Shown here: positions 39,481-50,323 of the stretch, in pieces
Position numbering within the stretch: position 1 is the stretch's first letter
How the letters are laid out: the number at the start of each line of letters is the position of its first letter
Assembly (NCBI GenBank): GCA_963775465.1
Contig: CAVZIW010000002.1
Span: 1-64,000 of the forward strand
Length of the DNA: 64,000 nt
Reading direction: 5' to 3'
DNA from: Candidatus Bathyarchaeota archaeon
Lineage (GTDB): Archaea > Thermoproteota > Bathyarchaeia > Bathyarchaeales > Bathycorpusculaceae
Program-made: the position numbers and the translations under genes
The notes under the pieces: generated by a model
The model's database searches: none
What the model saw: the letters and a program-made list of their open reading frames with translations, nothing else
Told to the model about the DNA's origin: nothing

Positions 39481-40727
39481 CTTGATAGAACTGCAACTTG
39501 GTGTTTTAAGCCCAAGGCGTTCTCTATAGCTGATATTTCTGCGTCAACCTCCACTGGTTTCTCGCTTTGTTTAATTGCTGTGTCAGGATCTTTTAAACCG
39601 TGACCTGTGGTGATGCAGACAATCCGCTCGTCTTTGCTTATGACGCCGTTATTTACAAGTTTTTTTAAGCCAGCGATGGATGAGGCGCTTGCCGGTTCTA
39701 CAAAGATGCCTTCGATTCGTGCAAGGATTTTTTGTGCGTCTAAGATTTCTTCGTCGGTAACTGTTTCAGCAGTTCCTTTCGACTCATGAATGGCGTTGAC
39801 TGCTTTTTTCCAGCTTACTGGTGCACCGATACGTATGGCAGTGGCGATGGTTTCAGGATGTTCAACAGGGACAATTCTGTCGCTGCCTTTCTTGATGGCT
39901 TGGGCGATGGGTGCTGAACCTGCAGCTTGTATGCCTGTCATCTTGGGCAGTTTCTTTATGTAGCCAAGTTTGTAGAATTCAGTTAAACCTTTCCAGACGG
40001 CGCTGATGTTTCCTGCGTTTCCAACGGGTATGACGATTCGGTCTGGAGGTTCACAGTTTAGTTGTTCGCAGATTTCATATCCGAGTGATTTCTGTCCTTC
40101 AATTCGAAACGGATTAATCGAGTTAAGTAAGTAAATATCCTTATGTTTGTCCGCAAGTTTAAGCACGAACTCCAGTGCTTGATCAAAGTTTCCTTTAACC
40201 TGAAGGACTTTGGCACCGTGAATCATGGCTTGGGAGAGTTTGCCGTAAGCGATTTTGCCCGAGGGTATAAGGACGGTGCATTTTATTCTTGCACGTGCAG
40301 CAAAAGCCGCTAGGCTTGCCGAGGTGTTACCCGTGGAGGCGCAGATCACATGTCTTGCACCTAATTCTAAGGCTTTGGTTACACCCACAGTCATACCTCG
40401 GTCTTTGAAGCTGCCGGTTGGATTTTCCCCTTCGTTTTTAACATAAAGGTTCTTGAGGTCTAGTTCTGCACCTAAATGCTCTGAGCGATGAAGACCCGTT
40501 CCACCTTCACCTAACGTGACTATTTGGGTGGCTTCGTGGATAGGTAGGAAGTCGCGATAGCGCCAAACAGAGAGTGGCTTACTTCTCCAATCGCTCTTTT
40601 GGAACGCTTCAGATAACTCTTCGAGACCAAACTTTATTTCCAATATATCTCCGCATTTCTTGCAGAAGTAAACAATTTCATCTATTCCGTAAGCCGTTTT
40701 GCAGTTTATACATTCTTGGTGTACCAT
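39477..40727 (-). CDS. thrC: Threonine synthase
   Basis: NPTGSFKDRG, ASTGNT, PVGNAGN, TGHGLKD. Confidence 0.95.
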   Translation of the reverse strand: MVHQECINCKTAYGIDEIVYFCKKCGDILEIKFGLEELSEAFQKSDWRSKPLSVWRYRDFLPIHEATQIVTLGEGGTGLHRSEHLGAELDLKNLYVKNEGENPTGSFKDRGMTVGVTKALELGARHVICASTGNTSASLAAFAARARIKCTVLIPSGKIAYGKLSQAMIHGAKVLQVKGNFDQALEFVLKLADKHKDIYLLNSINPFRIEGQKSLGYEICEQLNCEPPDRIVIPVGNAGNISAVWKGLTEFYKLGYIKKLPKMTGIQAAGSAPIAQAIKKGSDRIVPVEHPETIATAIRIGAPVSWKKAVNAIHESKGTAETVTDEEILDAQKILARIEGIFVEPASASSIAGLKKLVNNGVISKDERIVCITTGHGLKDPDTAIKQSEKPVEVDAEISAIENALGLKHQVAVLSR

Positions 40728-40819
40728 TTTGTTGAGTCTCCATTAGACAAGCGACTTTCCAACGTTTTGCAATCAAGATACAAAATTAAGGATTGTCACA
40801 TTATTAATTTTGCTGCCTT

Positions 40820-41398
40820 TTATCCAACCATGTTAGATAAAACTTCGTAAGTTTTGAGGCTATCTTTCTTCTCGACTACCAAAATGGTTTCGGTCCAGCA
40901 GGAAATAAACTCGATGATGTTAACATTTTGCTCGGCAAGTAAGGTGGCAAGGAAAGCGACAACTCCCGGAGTGGCTTCTAGCTCTTCAGGTGAATGAATG
41001 ACAATCATTGTGCAATTGTCGTGTTTAACAAGGGTGGATATTCGTTGGGGTAATTCGTTACGGTCTAGGAGATATACGAATTTTCCCAACAAGTCTACTT
41101 TCATGCCTGTTTGAGACTCCAGCTCTTTACTTGTTATCATGACTGATTTTCGGTCATAGACAGCTATGTTGCTTCGTTTTAGAAGTTGAAGGACTTTTTC
41201 TTCACGTTTTTGCTTATGTTTTTGAAGTTCTTCAGAATAGCGCCGTAGAGCAGCCTTAATTGCGCTCGTGTCATCGGATTCTAGCTCCTTTTGGATTTGG
41301 CGTGAGAGTTCGCTGAGGTTAACAATGCCTTTTTCAAGGGCTTCTAGTAAATATGGTTTGTTTCGCAGATGATCTCGCACTTTTTGGGCTACTGTCAT
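40820..41398 (-). CDS. ACT-domain transcriptional regulator-like protein
   Basis: N-terminal HTH-like VNLSELSR..AIKAALRRY; C-terminal ACT PGVVA..NIIEFISC; divergent from argG. Confidence 0.75.
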   Translation of the reverse strand: MTVAQKVRDHLRNKPYLLEALEKGIVNLSELSRQIQKELESDDTSAIKAALRRYSEELQKHKQKREEKVLQLLKRSNIAVYDRKSVMITSKELESQTGMKVDLLGKFVYLLDRNELPQRISTLVKHDNCTMIVIHSPEELEATPGVVAFLATLLAEQNVNIIEFISCWTETILVVEKKDSLKTYEVLSNMVG

Positions 41399-41440
41399 AG
41401 GGTCTTGAATGTATCAAATGGGACATTTAAATCTTATTAA

Positions 41441-41468
41441 GTGACAAAAAAGTCACAACCTTTAAAAA
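41441..41468 (+). promoter_or_regulatory. Palindromic operator plus TATA box upstream of argG
   Basis: GTGAC-AAAAAA-GTCAC-N4-TTTAAAAA. Confidence 0.6.
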
Positions 41469-41521
41469 TACAGCCCTCAAGGTAAGGGAAATAATTCAAA
41501 CTAAAAAATGAGGGAGCAAAA

Positions 41522-42739
41522 ATCACAGAAAAATTCGTTTTAGCATACTCCGGCGGGTTAGATACATCCGTTTTAATCAAATACCTCCAAGAAAAATGCA
41601 ACGGACAAGTAATCACAGTAACTGTGGACGTTGGGCAGCAAGAAGACATCAAAGCAGCTGAAGAAAAAGCCAAAAAACTTGGAGTGCTTAAACATTTTTC
41701 AGTAGACGCCAAAGAAGAGTTTGCTAAAGACTATATTTTTCCAGCTATCAAGGCTAATGCTCTGTACGAGGGTAAGTATCCCATTAGTACAAGTCTTTCT
41801 CGACCATTAATTGCTAAAAAGATGGTTGAAATCGCCGAAAAAGAAGGAGCAACAGGATTAGTGCATGGGTGTACTGGTAGAGGAAACGATCAAGTGCGTT
41901 TTGATATCTCTCTTAGTTCATTGGCGCCAGATATGAAAATTCTTGCCCCTATTCGTGAGTGGAGTTTGACACGTGAGGAAGAAATTGAATACGCTAGGAC
42001 TAAAGGTATTCATGTCTCTAATGCTGCTAAAAAATATAGTATAGACGCAAGCGTATGGGGGCGGGCTATCGAATGTGGGCTTTTAGAAGACGCAAGCCAA
42101 ACTCCTCCAGATGATGCTTTCGAATGGACCGTTGCACCTGAAAAGGCACCCGATAAACCTGAAATCATAACTATAACGTTTGAGGTGGGTGTACCCATAG
42201 CAATTAACGGCAAAAAGATGGCTCCTCTTGACCTTATTGAGGAAGTTAATAAAATTGCAGGGAGAAATGGGGTTGGACGAATCGACCATATCGAAGATCG
42301 CATAGTTGGTCTGAAATCTCGTGAATTATACGAGTGCCCAGCAGCAACAGTAATTTTGGAAGCACACAAAGATTTGGAAAAAATGGTGATGACTCGCCAC
42401 GAAGTTCTTTTCAAAGAGCAAGTTGACGCCCAATGGGTATTCCTAGCTTACGCCGGCTTATGGGCTGACCCCTTAAAAGATGACCTAGACGCCTTCATCA
42501 ATAAATCCCAAGAAAATGTAACCGGTGAGGTTAAACTCAAACTCTTCAAAGGAGGCCTTATAGTAATCGGACGGAGTTCACCCATGTCTCTCTACGACAA
42601 AAACTTAGCCAACTATAACATCAAAACAAGCTTTAACCAGTCATATTCGCATGGCTTTATCGAACTTTGGGGGCTCCAAACAAGAATGTACAATTCGCTA
42701 AAGAAAGCCGGAAAAAAGTCAAAGGCAAAGAGATCCTAA
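41522..42739 (+). CDS. argG: Argininosuccinate synthase
   Basis: LAYSGGLDTS upstream of tracked ORF, HGCTGRGNDQVRF; start ATC 41522, or ATG 41508 with an indel. Confidence 0.95.
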   Translation: MTEKFVLAYSGGLDTSVLIKYLQEKCNGQVITVTVDVGQQEDIKAAEEKAKKLGVLKHFSVDAKEEFAKDYIFPAIKANALYEGKYPISTSLSRPLIAKKMVEIAEKEGATGLVHGCTGRGNDQVRFDISLSSLAPDMKILAPIREWSLTREEEIEYARTKGIHVSNAAKKYSIDASVWGRAIECGLLEDASQTPPDDAFEWTVAPEKAPDKPEIITITFEVGVPIAINGKKMAPLDLIEEVNKIAGRNGVGRIDHIEDRIVGLKSRELYECPAATVILEAHKDLEKMVMTRHEVLFKEQVDAQWVFLAYAGLWADPLKDDLDAFINKSQENVTGEVKLKLFKGGLIVIGRSSPMSLYDKNLANYNIKTSFNQSYSHGFIELWGLQTRMYNSLKKAGKKSKAKRS

Positions 42740-42777
42740 ATTCTTATAACCAGTAAGTTTGTTGAAGGGCGAGAAAA

Positions 42778-44244
42778 ATGTCAAAGATGCTGCATGGAGG
42801 ACGGTTGGGTAATGTCCGCGAAGATGTTGCTAAATTTTGTTCCTCCCGAAAAGATGACGTACGATTAGCTGAGGCTGTTTTAGAAATTAACAAGGTGCAC
42901 GTCGTCATGCTTATGGAAGAAAAAATAGTTCAGTGGTCAGAAGGAGCAAAAATCCTTTCGTCTCTTGACAAAATAGACAGCGAAAAACTTGACCCAAATG
43001 CAGAAGACGTTCATATGGCAATTGAAGAATCAGTGATTGCTGAGATAGGACCAGAAATTGGTGGAAACTTGCACATAGCCAAAAGCCGGAACGATCAAGT
43101 TACAACCGCCATTCGAATGGTGTTGCGCCAAGAGCTGCAAGAATTAATGCAACTAATCCTTAACATGCAGCAAAGCCTTCTAGAAGCAGCCAGTAAACAT
43201 ACCCAAACAATTATTTTAGAATACACTCACCTTCAACCAGCTCAACCTGTCACGTTTGCACACTATTTGCTGTCGCATGCTACTGCTTTAGGACGTGATT
43301 TAGAGCGGCTGCAAAGCGCTTACAGCCGAGTTAACCGGTGCCCGCTTGGGGCAGGTGCCTTGGCTACAACTAGCTTTCCAATTAACCGTAATAAAACAGC
43401 ATCGCTTCTTGGTTTTGATGCGGTAATGGAGAACTCCATAGATGCTGTTGGAAGCCGTGATTATATTGTTGAAACTTTAGCTGCACTTACTTTGCTTGCA
43501 ATAAACCTAAGTCGTCTAGCTGAGGATTTGATTGTTTGGAGCTCACCTGAATTTGGCACAATTGAGTTGCCTGATGAATTCACCTCAACCAGTAGTATTA
43601 TGCCTCAGAAAAAAAATCCTGAAGTACTTGAGGTCATTCGTGCACGGGCAAGCAATGCTTTGGGCGATTTTGTTGTTGCTGCTGCCGCCATTAAAAGTCT
43701 TCCAACAACTTACAATCTGGATTTCCAAGAGATAACACCGAAACTTTGGTCATCGATAGATAATCTCTCTGGTTCGCTGGATATGTTTGCCAAGTTAATC
43801 TCTGGAATCAAGGTCTCTAACAACGTTGAAGATAAAGCAGCATCAGGTTTTGTTGGTGCAACTGAGCTTGCGAACATGTTTGTACGCAAATACAATATTG
43901 CTTTCCGAACTTCGCATAAAATCGCAGGGGCTATAGTCAAGTCCTTAATAGATTCAAAAAAAACCTTAGTTGATGCTACTCCCGAACTTGTCCAGAAAAT
44001 AGCTTTAGACGCTGCAAACATCAAACTAACGATAAAAAGACAAGATTTGCTCGAATGCACAAATCCTCGCAAACTAGTCGAAACGTATAAAGTACTTGGA
44101 GGTCCATCTCCCAAAGAAGTTTATAGAGCAATAAAAGCACAAAATATGTCTCTGGCAAAGACGCGAGTAGACATCAACAAACTCAAGGAAAACCTCGCAG
44201 ACGCAAAAAGTACTCTAAACAAAACTGTAAAAAATTGCATTTGA
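42778..44244 (+). CDS. argH: Argininosuccinate lyase
   Basis: SRNDQ, YTHLQPAQ, SSIMPQKKNP. Confidence 0.96.
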   Translation: MSKMLHGGRLGNVREDVAKFCSSRKDDVRLAEAVLEINKVHVVMLMEEKIVQWSEGAKILSSLDKIDSEKLDPNAEDVHMAIEESVIAEIGPEIGGNLHIAKSRNDQVTTAIRMVLRQELQELMQLILNMQQSLLEAASKHTQTIILEYTHLQPAQPVTFAHYLLSHATALGRDLERLQSAYSRVNRCPLGAGALATTSFPINRNKTASLLGFDAVMENSIDAVGSRDYIVETLAALTLLAINLSRLAEDLIVWSSPEFGTIELPDEFTSTSSIMPQKKNPEVLEVIRARASNALGDFVVAAAAIKSLPTTYNLDFQEITPKLWSSIDNLSGSLDMFAKLISGIKVSNNVEDKAASGFVGATELANMFVRKYNIAFRTSHKIAGAIVKSLIDSKKTLVDATPELVQKIALDAANIKLTIKRQDLLECTNPRKLVETYKVLGGPSPKEVYRAIKAQNMSLAKTRVDINKLKENLADAKSTLNKTVKNCI

Positions 44245-44280
44245 CCAAAAACGATAAACTTAAAAATGTAAACTGATAGG

Positions 44281-45438
44281 TTGAATAGGGCTTTGGTCCC
44301 ACAAGATAGCACGTTCAATAAGAATAAAAAAGCAATACTGCTCCTTGAAGACGGAACGTCATTTATCGGTAAAGGGTTCGGTGCCATAGGAAAAATTTCT
44401 GGAGAAGTTGTTTTTTCTACCCAAATGGTTGGTTACCCTGAAGCCCTAACTGATCCATCGTACAAAGGGCAGATTTTAACTTTCACTTATCCAATGGTGG
44501 GCAATTATGGTGTTCCATCAGACGAGCAAAACCTTGGGCTTCCGCTTTACTTTGAGTCTGACCACATTCAAGTTCAAGGCTTAATTATCCATGAGCTCTG
44601 TCATGAACCGTTTCATTGGGCTTCAACTCGTACTCTTGACAGATGGCTTGCTGACGAGGGCGTTCCAGGTATCTACGGAGTAGATACAAGACGTTTAACA
44701 AAGAAATTGCGAACTCACGGTGTCATGCTTGGCATTCTGCAGACTTTCGAAGAGGGTATTAAGCCTGATTTGGATGCGTTGTTAGAGAATGGTAAAAACA
44801 TCGCTGACCCTAACCTTACAGACTTGGTTAAGGAAGTGTCAGTTAAGAAACCCATCACGTACAATGTAGATGGCAATAAAACTGTTGTGTTAATCGACTG
44901 TGGAGTCAAGTATAGTATCATTCGCAATTTATTGAAACGGGGAATAAACGTTGTCCGTGTGCCCTACGACACTTCTGCAAGTAAAGTATTGGGCTATTGC
45001 CCTGATGGTGTCTTTATAAGCAACGGTCCTGGCGATCCCAAAAAATGCGTAAAGACGATTGATTCTATCCGTGAGTTATCCGAAAAAGTTCCTTTAATGG
45101 GAATCTGTCTTGGTGCCCAAATCCTCTCTTTAGCGCTAGGAGGAGACACTTACAAACTTAAATTCGGTCATCGCGCTCAGAATCAACCTGCGCTTGATCT
45201 AAACAACAACCGTTGCTATATTACAACTCAAAATCATGGTTACGCAATAAATTTGGCTTCGTTAAAGGAAACGCCTCTTGAACCCTGGTTTGTAAACCCG
45301 AATGATAAGACAACTGAAGGTATCAAGCATAAATCCAAGCCAGTTTTTGCTGTGCAATGGCATCCTGAAGCCTCACCAGGACCTTACGATACGGAAATGT
45401 TGTTTGACAAGTTTGCCAAGACCTTGGAGGCGCCCTAG
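44281..45438 (+). CDS. carA: Carbamoyl-phosphate synthase small subunit
   Basis: LTDPSY, SNGPGDP, GICLG, QWHPE. Confidence 0.96.
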   Translation: MNRALVPQDSTFNKNKKAILLLEDGTSFIGKGFGAIGKISGEVVFSTQMVGYPEALTDPSYKGQILTFTYPMVGNYGVPSDEQNLGLPLYFESDHIQVQGLIIHELCHEPFHWASTRTLDRWLADEGVPGIYGVDTRRLTKKLRTHGVMLGILQTFEEGIKPDLDALLENGKNIADPNLTDLVKEVSVKKPITYNVDGNKTVVLIDCGVKYSIIRNLLKRGINVVRVPYDTSASKVLGYCPDGVFISNGPGDPKKCVKTIDSIRELSEKVPLMGICLGAQILSLALGGDTYKLKFGHRAQNQPALDLNNNRCYITTQNHGYAINLASLKETPLEPWFVNPNDKTTEGIKHKSKPVFAVQWHPEASPGPYDTEMLFDKFAKTLEAP

Positions 45439-45439
45439 T

Positions 45440-48400
45440 TTGCCCAAGTTTGATTGGATAAAGAAAGTCCTGGTTCTTGGCAGTGGCGCTATCAAAATTG
45501 GGGAAGCAGCCGAATTTGATTACAGCGGTAGCCAATGCTTGAAGGCTCTGCGTGAAGAAGGCATCAAGACTGTTCTTATTAACCCTAATATCGCTACGAT
45601 TCAAACTGATCCACGCTTGTCGGGAAAAGTGTACTTGTTGCCAGTTACGCCTGAATTTGTTGAAAAGGTCATCGCCAAGGAACGTCCAGACGGTATTCTT
45701 TTAGGCTTTGGTGGACAAACCGCTCTCAATTGTGGTCTAGAACTTGAAAAAACTGGGATTCTCCAAAAATACAATGTTAAAGTTCTAGGAACTCCAGTGC
45801 AGGCAATAGAAGATACGGGTGATCGTGAACGGTTCCGCCAAGCAATGCAAAAAGCAGGTGTTCCTTATCTGAAAAGCAGGGCTGCAACCAGCGTTAAGCA
45901 AGCGTTGGATATTGCGGATGAAATCAACTATCCCGTTATGGTTAGGGTAGCTTATACTTTGGGCGGTAAAGGTGCAGGGGTAGCACATAACCCTAAGGAA
46001 CTTAAAGAAATCGTAACAATCGGCATAGCGCAAAGCCGAATTAATCAAGTTCTTGTTGAAGAATATGTGGGTCATTGGAAAGAAGTCGAGTACGAAGTCA
46101 TGCGCGACTACGCCGATAACTGCTTAACTGTCTGTAACATGGAGAATTTTGACCCAATGGGGATCCACACCGGTGACTCCATTGTAGTTGCTCCATCACA
46201 GACTATGACCAACCGAGAATACCATCAAATACGCTCGATTTCCATAAACGCGATACGAAGTCTTGGTATTGTGGGTGAATGCAATATTCAATGGGCGCTG
46301 CATGCTAAGTCTGAGGAATGCCGGGTCATAGAAGTCAATTCACGTATGTCCCGTAGTTCTGCTTTAGCAAGCAAAGTCACCGGGTACCCGCTCGCATACA
46401 TCGCAACCAAACTCACTTTAGGCTACACCTTGCCCGAACTAATCAATAAAGTCACTGAAGTCACGACTGCTTGCTTTGAACCTGCTCTAGACTATATAAC
46501 AGTCAAGATTCCACGTTGGGACTTGCAGAAATTCAAAAACGCCGATCGTCATGTTGGTCCACAAATGCGAAGTGTAGGTGAGGTTATGGCGATTGGTCGC
46601 TGTTTTGAGGAGGCGTTGCAGAAAGCTGTTCGTATGCTCGACATCGGCAAGATTGGTTTGGTCTGCAACCCTGAAGATTGTGAAGCTGAGTCAGAAGAGC
46701 AACTTAGAAATGAAATGGCTCATCCTACTGACGAGCGTCTTTACAAGATTGCCAAAGCCCTCAAAATAGGGCTCTCGGTTATGGAAATCTATCGTATTAG
46801 CGGCGTTGACCCTTTCTTCCTCTATAAAATTCAAAACATTGTCGATATGGAAACTCAACTGTGTCATCTAAACTTAGCTGAAGAGTCTTCAGTTGAAGTT
46901 ATCCGTGAAGCTAAACGTTTAGGCTTCTCCGATGAGCAGATTGCTAAATGCCAAAAAACCAAAGAAGATACTATCCGCGCTTTTCGCAAAAATGCCAGTA
47001 TCCTTCCTGTTGTGAAACAGATTGATACGTTGGCTGCGGAATGGCCTGCAAAAACAAACTATCTCTACATGACTTATGGTGGAGATGAAGACGATATCGA
47101 ATTTGGTGACCACGCCAGTAAAGTCATTGTTTTAGGCGCAGGTGTGTTCCGAATTGGTTCCAGTGTCGAATTCGACTGGTGTGGTGTCAACACCATTTGG
47201 GCATTAAAGAAAAATGGCATTAAAGAAGCCATCATGGTTAACTATAACCCTGAAACTGTCTCTACTGACTACGACATATCTGACAAGCTTTACTTTGAAG
47301 AATTGACCAAAGAACGTATCTTAGACATTTACGAAAAAGAAAACCCGCTGGGTATCATTACCAGTGTTGGAGGTCAAATTCCAAATAATTTGTCTATTCC
47401 TCTTTCAGACGCGGGTGCGAATATTTTAGGTACCTCGGCTCAAGACGTAGACTTGGCAGAAGACCGCTCCAAATTCAGTGCACTTCTCGATCAGTTGAAA
47501 ATCTCTCAACCACCTTGGAGCAAACTGCAATCTATTGCAGAAGCCAAACGATTTGCGCAGAAAATCGGATACCCCGTTATTGTACGTCCCAGCTATGTTC
47601 TGTCGGGTTCGGCTATGCGGGTTGCTTATAACGAATCTTCTCTAGAGAATTTCCTGAACTTGGCAGCCAAAGTTGGACGCGATCACCCTGTAGTAATTAG
47701 CAAGTTTATTAACCGAGCCAAAGAAGTCGAAGTCGACGGTGTATCCGATGGAGAAAATGTATTCATAGGCGCAATCATGGAGCATGTCGAGAATGCAGGC
47801 GTCCATAGCGGTGATGCGACCATGACTATTCCACCTCAGGCGCTCAAAGTTGAAGTGCAAAAAGACATCGAAACAGCTACCATTAGCATCGTTAAAGCTC
47901 TTAAAATCCATGGCCCCTACAATATTCAGTACCTGGTCAAAGACGACGTTGTTAACGTTATCGAATGTAACCTTCGGGCATCGCGTTCCATGCCTTTTGT
48001 GAGCAAATGCCGCGGCATAAATATGATTGAATTGGCTACATTGGCGATGCTTGGTAAAAAAATTGACGGTGTTAAGTTGTCTCCTATGAAGGTTGCTCCT
48101 CATGTAGGGGTTAAAGTTCCTCAGTTTAGTTTCATGCGGTTAAGTGGGGCTGACCCTGTTTTGGGCGTGGAAATGCTCAGTACCGGTGAGGTCGCTTGTT
48201 TAGGAGAAAATTTCTCTGATGCTTTTAGCAAGGCGTTGCAGTCGGCTGAATTTAATATTCCGGCTAAAGATGGCGCTGTTCTTCTTAGTGTGGGTGGCGA
48301 CGAACAACGTAAAGCACGTGTGGTGCCGATTGGGAAGGCGTTTGCAGAGATGGGCTTTAAAATCTACGCAACAAAAAATACTGCGATAGTGCTCAGCGCT

Positions 48401-48715
48401 AACGGCATCGATGCAATTGTTCTCCACAAAGTTCGAGACCCCGAAGTTGCCCCAAACATACTTGACTGTTTGCAAGAACATAAAATTGATCTAGTAATCA
48501 ACGTGCCGATTGCGAATAGACGTTCAAACTTCTCTGCCATCTTAACTGATGGCTACATCATAAGGCGCCAAGCAGTAGAATTTAATGTTCCAGTAATTAC
48601 CAATTTGCAGCTTGCAGTTGCGCTTGTTGAGGTTCTAAAGACAAAAGGCAAAAACGGCAACAGCATTCGCAGTCTTAACGAATACATGGACGATTTACCC
48701 TGGAAGCACTGGTAA
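45440..48715 (+). CDS. carB: Carbamoyl-phosphate synthase large subunit
   Basis: KKVLVLGSG..IGEAAEFDYSG, duplicated ATP-grasp, MGS domain; TTG start after GGAGG. Confidence 0.97.
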   Translation: MPKFDWIKKVLVLGSGAIKIGEAAEFDYSGSQCLKALREEGIKTVLINPNIATIQTDPRLSGKVYLLPVTPEFVEKVIAKERPDGILLGFGGQTALNCGLELEKTGILQKYNVKVLGTPVQAIEDTGDRERFRQAMQKAGVPYLKSRAATSVKQALDIADEINYPVMVRVAYTLGGKGAGVAHNPKELKEIVTIGIAQSRINQVLVEEYVGHWKEVEYEVMRDYADNCLTVCNMENFDPMGIHTGDSIVVAPSQTMTNREYHQIRSISINAIRSLGIVGECNIQWALHAKSEECRVIEVNSRMSRSSALASKVTGYPLAYIATKLTLGYTLPELINKVTEVTTACFEPALDYITVKIPRWDLQKFKNADRHVGPQMRSVGEVMAIGRCFEEALQKAVRMLDIGKIGLVCNPEDCEAESEEQLRNEMAHPTDERLYKIAKALKIGLSVMEIYRISGVDPFFLYKIQNIVDMETQLCHLNLAEESSVEVIREAKRLGFSDEQIAKCQKTKEDTIRAFRKNASILPVVKQIDTLAAEWPAKTNYLYMTYGGDEDDIEFGDHASKVIVLGAGVFRIGSSVEFDWCGVNTIWALKKNGIKEAIMVNYNPETVSTDYDISDKLYFEELTKERILDIYEKENPLGIITSVGGQIPNNLSIPLSDAGANILGTSAQDVDLAEDRSKFSALLDQLKISQPPWSKLQSIAEAKRFAQKIGYPVIVRPSYVLSGSAMRVAYNESSLENFLNLAAKVGRDHPVVISKFINRAKEVEVDGVSDGENVFIGAIMEHVENAGVHSGDATMTIPPQALKVEVQKDIETATISIVKALKIHGPYNIQYLVKDDVVNVIECNLRASRSMPFVSKCRGINMIELATLAMLGKKIDGVKLSPMKVAPHVGVKVPQFSFMRLSGADPVLGVEMLSTGEVACLGENFSDAFSKALQSAEFNIPAKDGAVLLSVGGDEQRKARVVPIGKAFAEMGFKIYATKNTAIVLSANGIDAIVLHKVRDPEVAPNILDCLQEHKIDLVINVPIANRRSNFSAILTDGYIIRRQAVEFNVPVITNLQLAVALVEVLKTKGKNGNSIRSLNEYMDDLPWKHW

Positions 48716-48816
48716 CCAAAAATATCTTACACCTCATTTCTTTACTGTATCAGTGCTCTCTTACGTAAAAAATATATCTTTGAGTTTCCTTTTCGAATGC
48801 GTCAAGGTAACCTGCT

Positions 48817-50319
48817 TTGTCTAACCAAGCAAAGACTCGGACAGTAGAGGAAATTAATGCGAAAATTCGCAAGGGCGACGCTCAAATTTTAACCGTTGAG
48901 GAAATGAAGAAACTCGTGGACAGCAGTGGAGTAGAGGTTGCTTTTCGAGAAGTAGATGTAGTTACTACAGGTACATTTGGCGCTATGTGTAGTTCAGGCG
49001 CTGTGGTTAACGTAGGTCACTCTGATCCGCCGATAAAGATTGACAATGCTTGGATGAACAACGTGCCTGTATGCCACCCTGGTGCTGCAGTGGACTTATT
49101 CATTGGTGCCACAAACATGTCTGAGAAAATACCCTTCGAATATGGTGGTGGACATGTAATAGAAGATTTAGTCGCTGGAAACGAAATAGAACTCCGAGCA
49201 ACATCTTATGGGACTGATTGTTACCCTCGAACTTCTATTAAAACAACCTTGACAAAGGATGATTTGAACCAGTTTTATCTGATTAACTTCCGCAATGGAT
49301 ACCAACGTTACAACTGCGCGGTCAATGGAAGTGAGGAAATCATCTACACCTATATGAGTAAACTTTTGCCAAGGTTGCGAAACGCCACGTACTCTGGTGC
49401 GGGAGAACTCAACCCTTTGATGAATGACCCTGACTACGAAACCATGGGTATGGGTACTCGCATTTTCCTTGGAGGCGCTCAAGGTTACATTATTGGCGAA
49501 GGCACTCAGCATAGCCCTAAAAACCTAAGTGGAACTTTGATGGTCAAGGGAGATGCGAAAAAGATGTCGCCCGAGTTCTTGCAGGGTGCTGCCTTCACTG
49601 GGTATGGAACATCTTTGTATGTAGGTTTAGGTGTCCCGATTCCAATTTTAAACGAGGGATTGGCACGCAAGACTGCCATCCGTGACAGCGAAATTATGAC
49701 GGATATTGTTGATTACAGCGTACCCCGACGTGACCGCCCTAAGCTTGGTCAAGTCAGCTATGCAGAACTCAAATCAGGGTCCATTAACATTAATGGAAAG
49801 AAAATCCGCGTAAGCTCGCTTTCAAGTTTGAAAATGGCAAAGAAGGTTTCCCAAACGCTCAAAGAATGGATCGATGAAGGAAGCTTCTTTTTGACTTCAC
49901 CTGTGGAGCGTTTGCCAACGAACAGTACGTTTAAACCTATGCGTCAGACCGAGGAAATTCCTTTCGTGGTTAGCGTTATGCATCCAGCCATTACATGCAC
50001 TGAAAACGAAGAAATCCAAGTCATAGCCAAACTCATTGTTACAAATTCAGTTAACCACATAGTTGTTGTCGATGATGCAGGCAAACTTTTGGGTATCGTT
50101 ACTTCTTGGGACGTAACTAGAGCTATGGCGGAGGGCAAGAAAGCATTGGCTGACATAGAGACTCGCAGCGTTGTAACAGCCAAACCTGAAGAACCCCTTG
50201 AGATAGCCTCTAAACGCATGGCGCAGCACAACATCTCAGCTTTGCCTGTAATAAACATAGAAAGGAAGGTTCTTGGTATCGTTACAACTGAAGATGTGGC
50301 TAAATTGTTAGGAAGGTAA
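48817..50319 (+). CDS. L-aspartate-semialdehyde sulfurtransferase (homocysteine synthesis, DUF39 + CBS; MA1821/MJ0100-like)
   Basis: VDVVTTGTFGAMCSSG, YGGGHVIE, C-terminal CBS pair. Confidence 0.9.
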   Translation: MSNQAKTRTVEEINAKIRKGDAQILTVEEMKKLVDSSGVEVAFREVDVVTTGTFGAMCSSGAVVNVGHSDPPIKIDNAWMNNVPVCHPGAAVDLFIGATNMSEKIPFEYGGGHVIEDLVAGNEIELRATSYGTDCYPRTSIKTTLTKDDLNQFYLINFRNGYQRYNCAVNGSEEIIYTYMSKLLPRLRNATYSGAGELNPLMNDPDYETMGMGTRIFLGGAQGYIIGEGTQHSPKNLSGTLMVKGDAKKMSPEFLQGAAFTGYGTSLYVGLGVPIPILNEGLARKTAIRDSEIMTDIVDYSVPRRDRPKLGQVSYAELKSGSININGKKIRVSSLSSLKMAKKVSQTLKEWIDEGSFFLTSPVERLPTNSTFKPMRQTEEIPFVVSVMHPAITCTENEEIQVIAKLIVTNSVNHIVVVDDAGKLLGIVTSWDVTRAMAEGKKALADIETRSVVTAKPEEPLEIASKRMAQHNISALPVINIERKVLGIVTTEDVAKLLGR

Positions 50320-50323
50320 ACAT

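Noticed and set aside
40728-40819. Leader peptide or arg-type operator before thrC
   Set aside because: No Thr/Ile-rich uORF; only a single GTGAC half-site
45302-45439. N-terminal extension of carB in the ORF track
   Set aside because: Overlaps carA; TTG 45440 after GGAGG matches the conserved start
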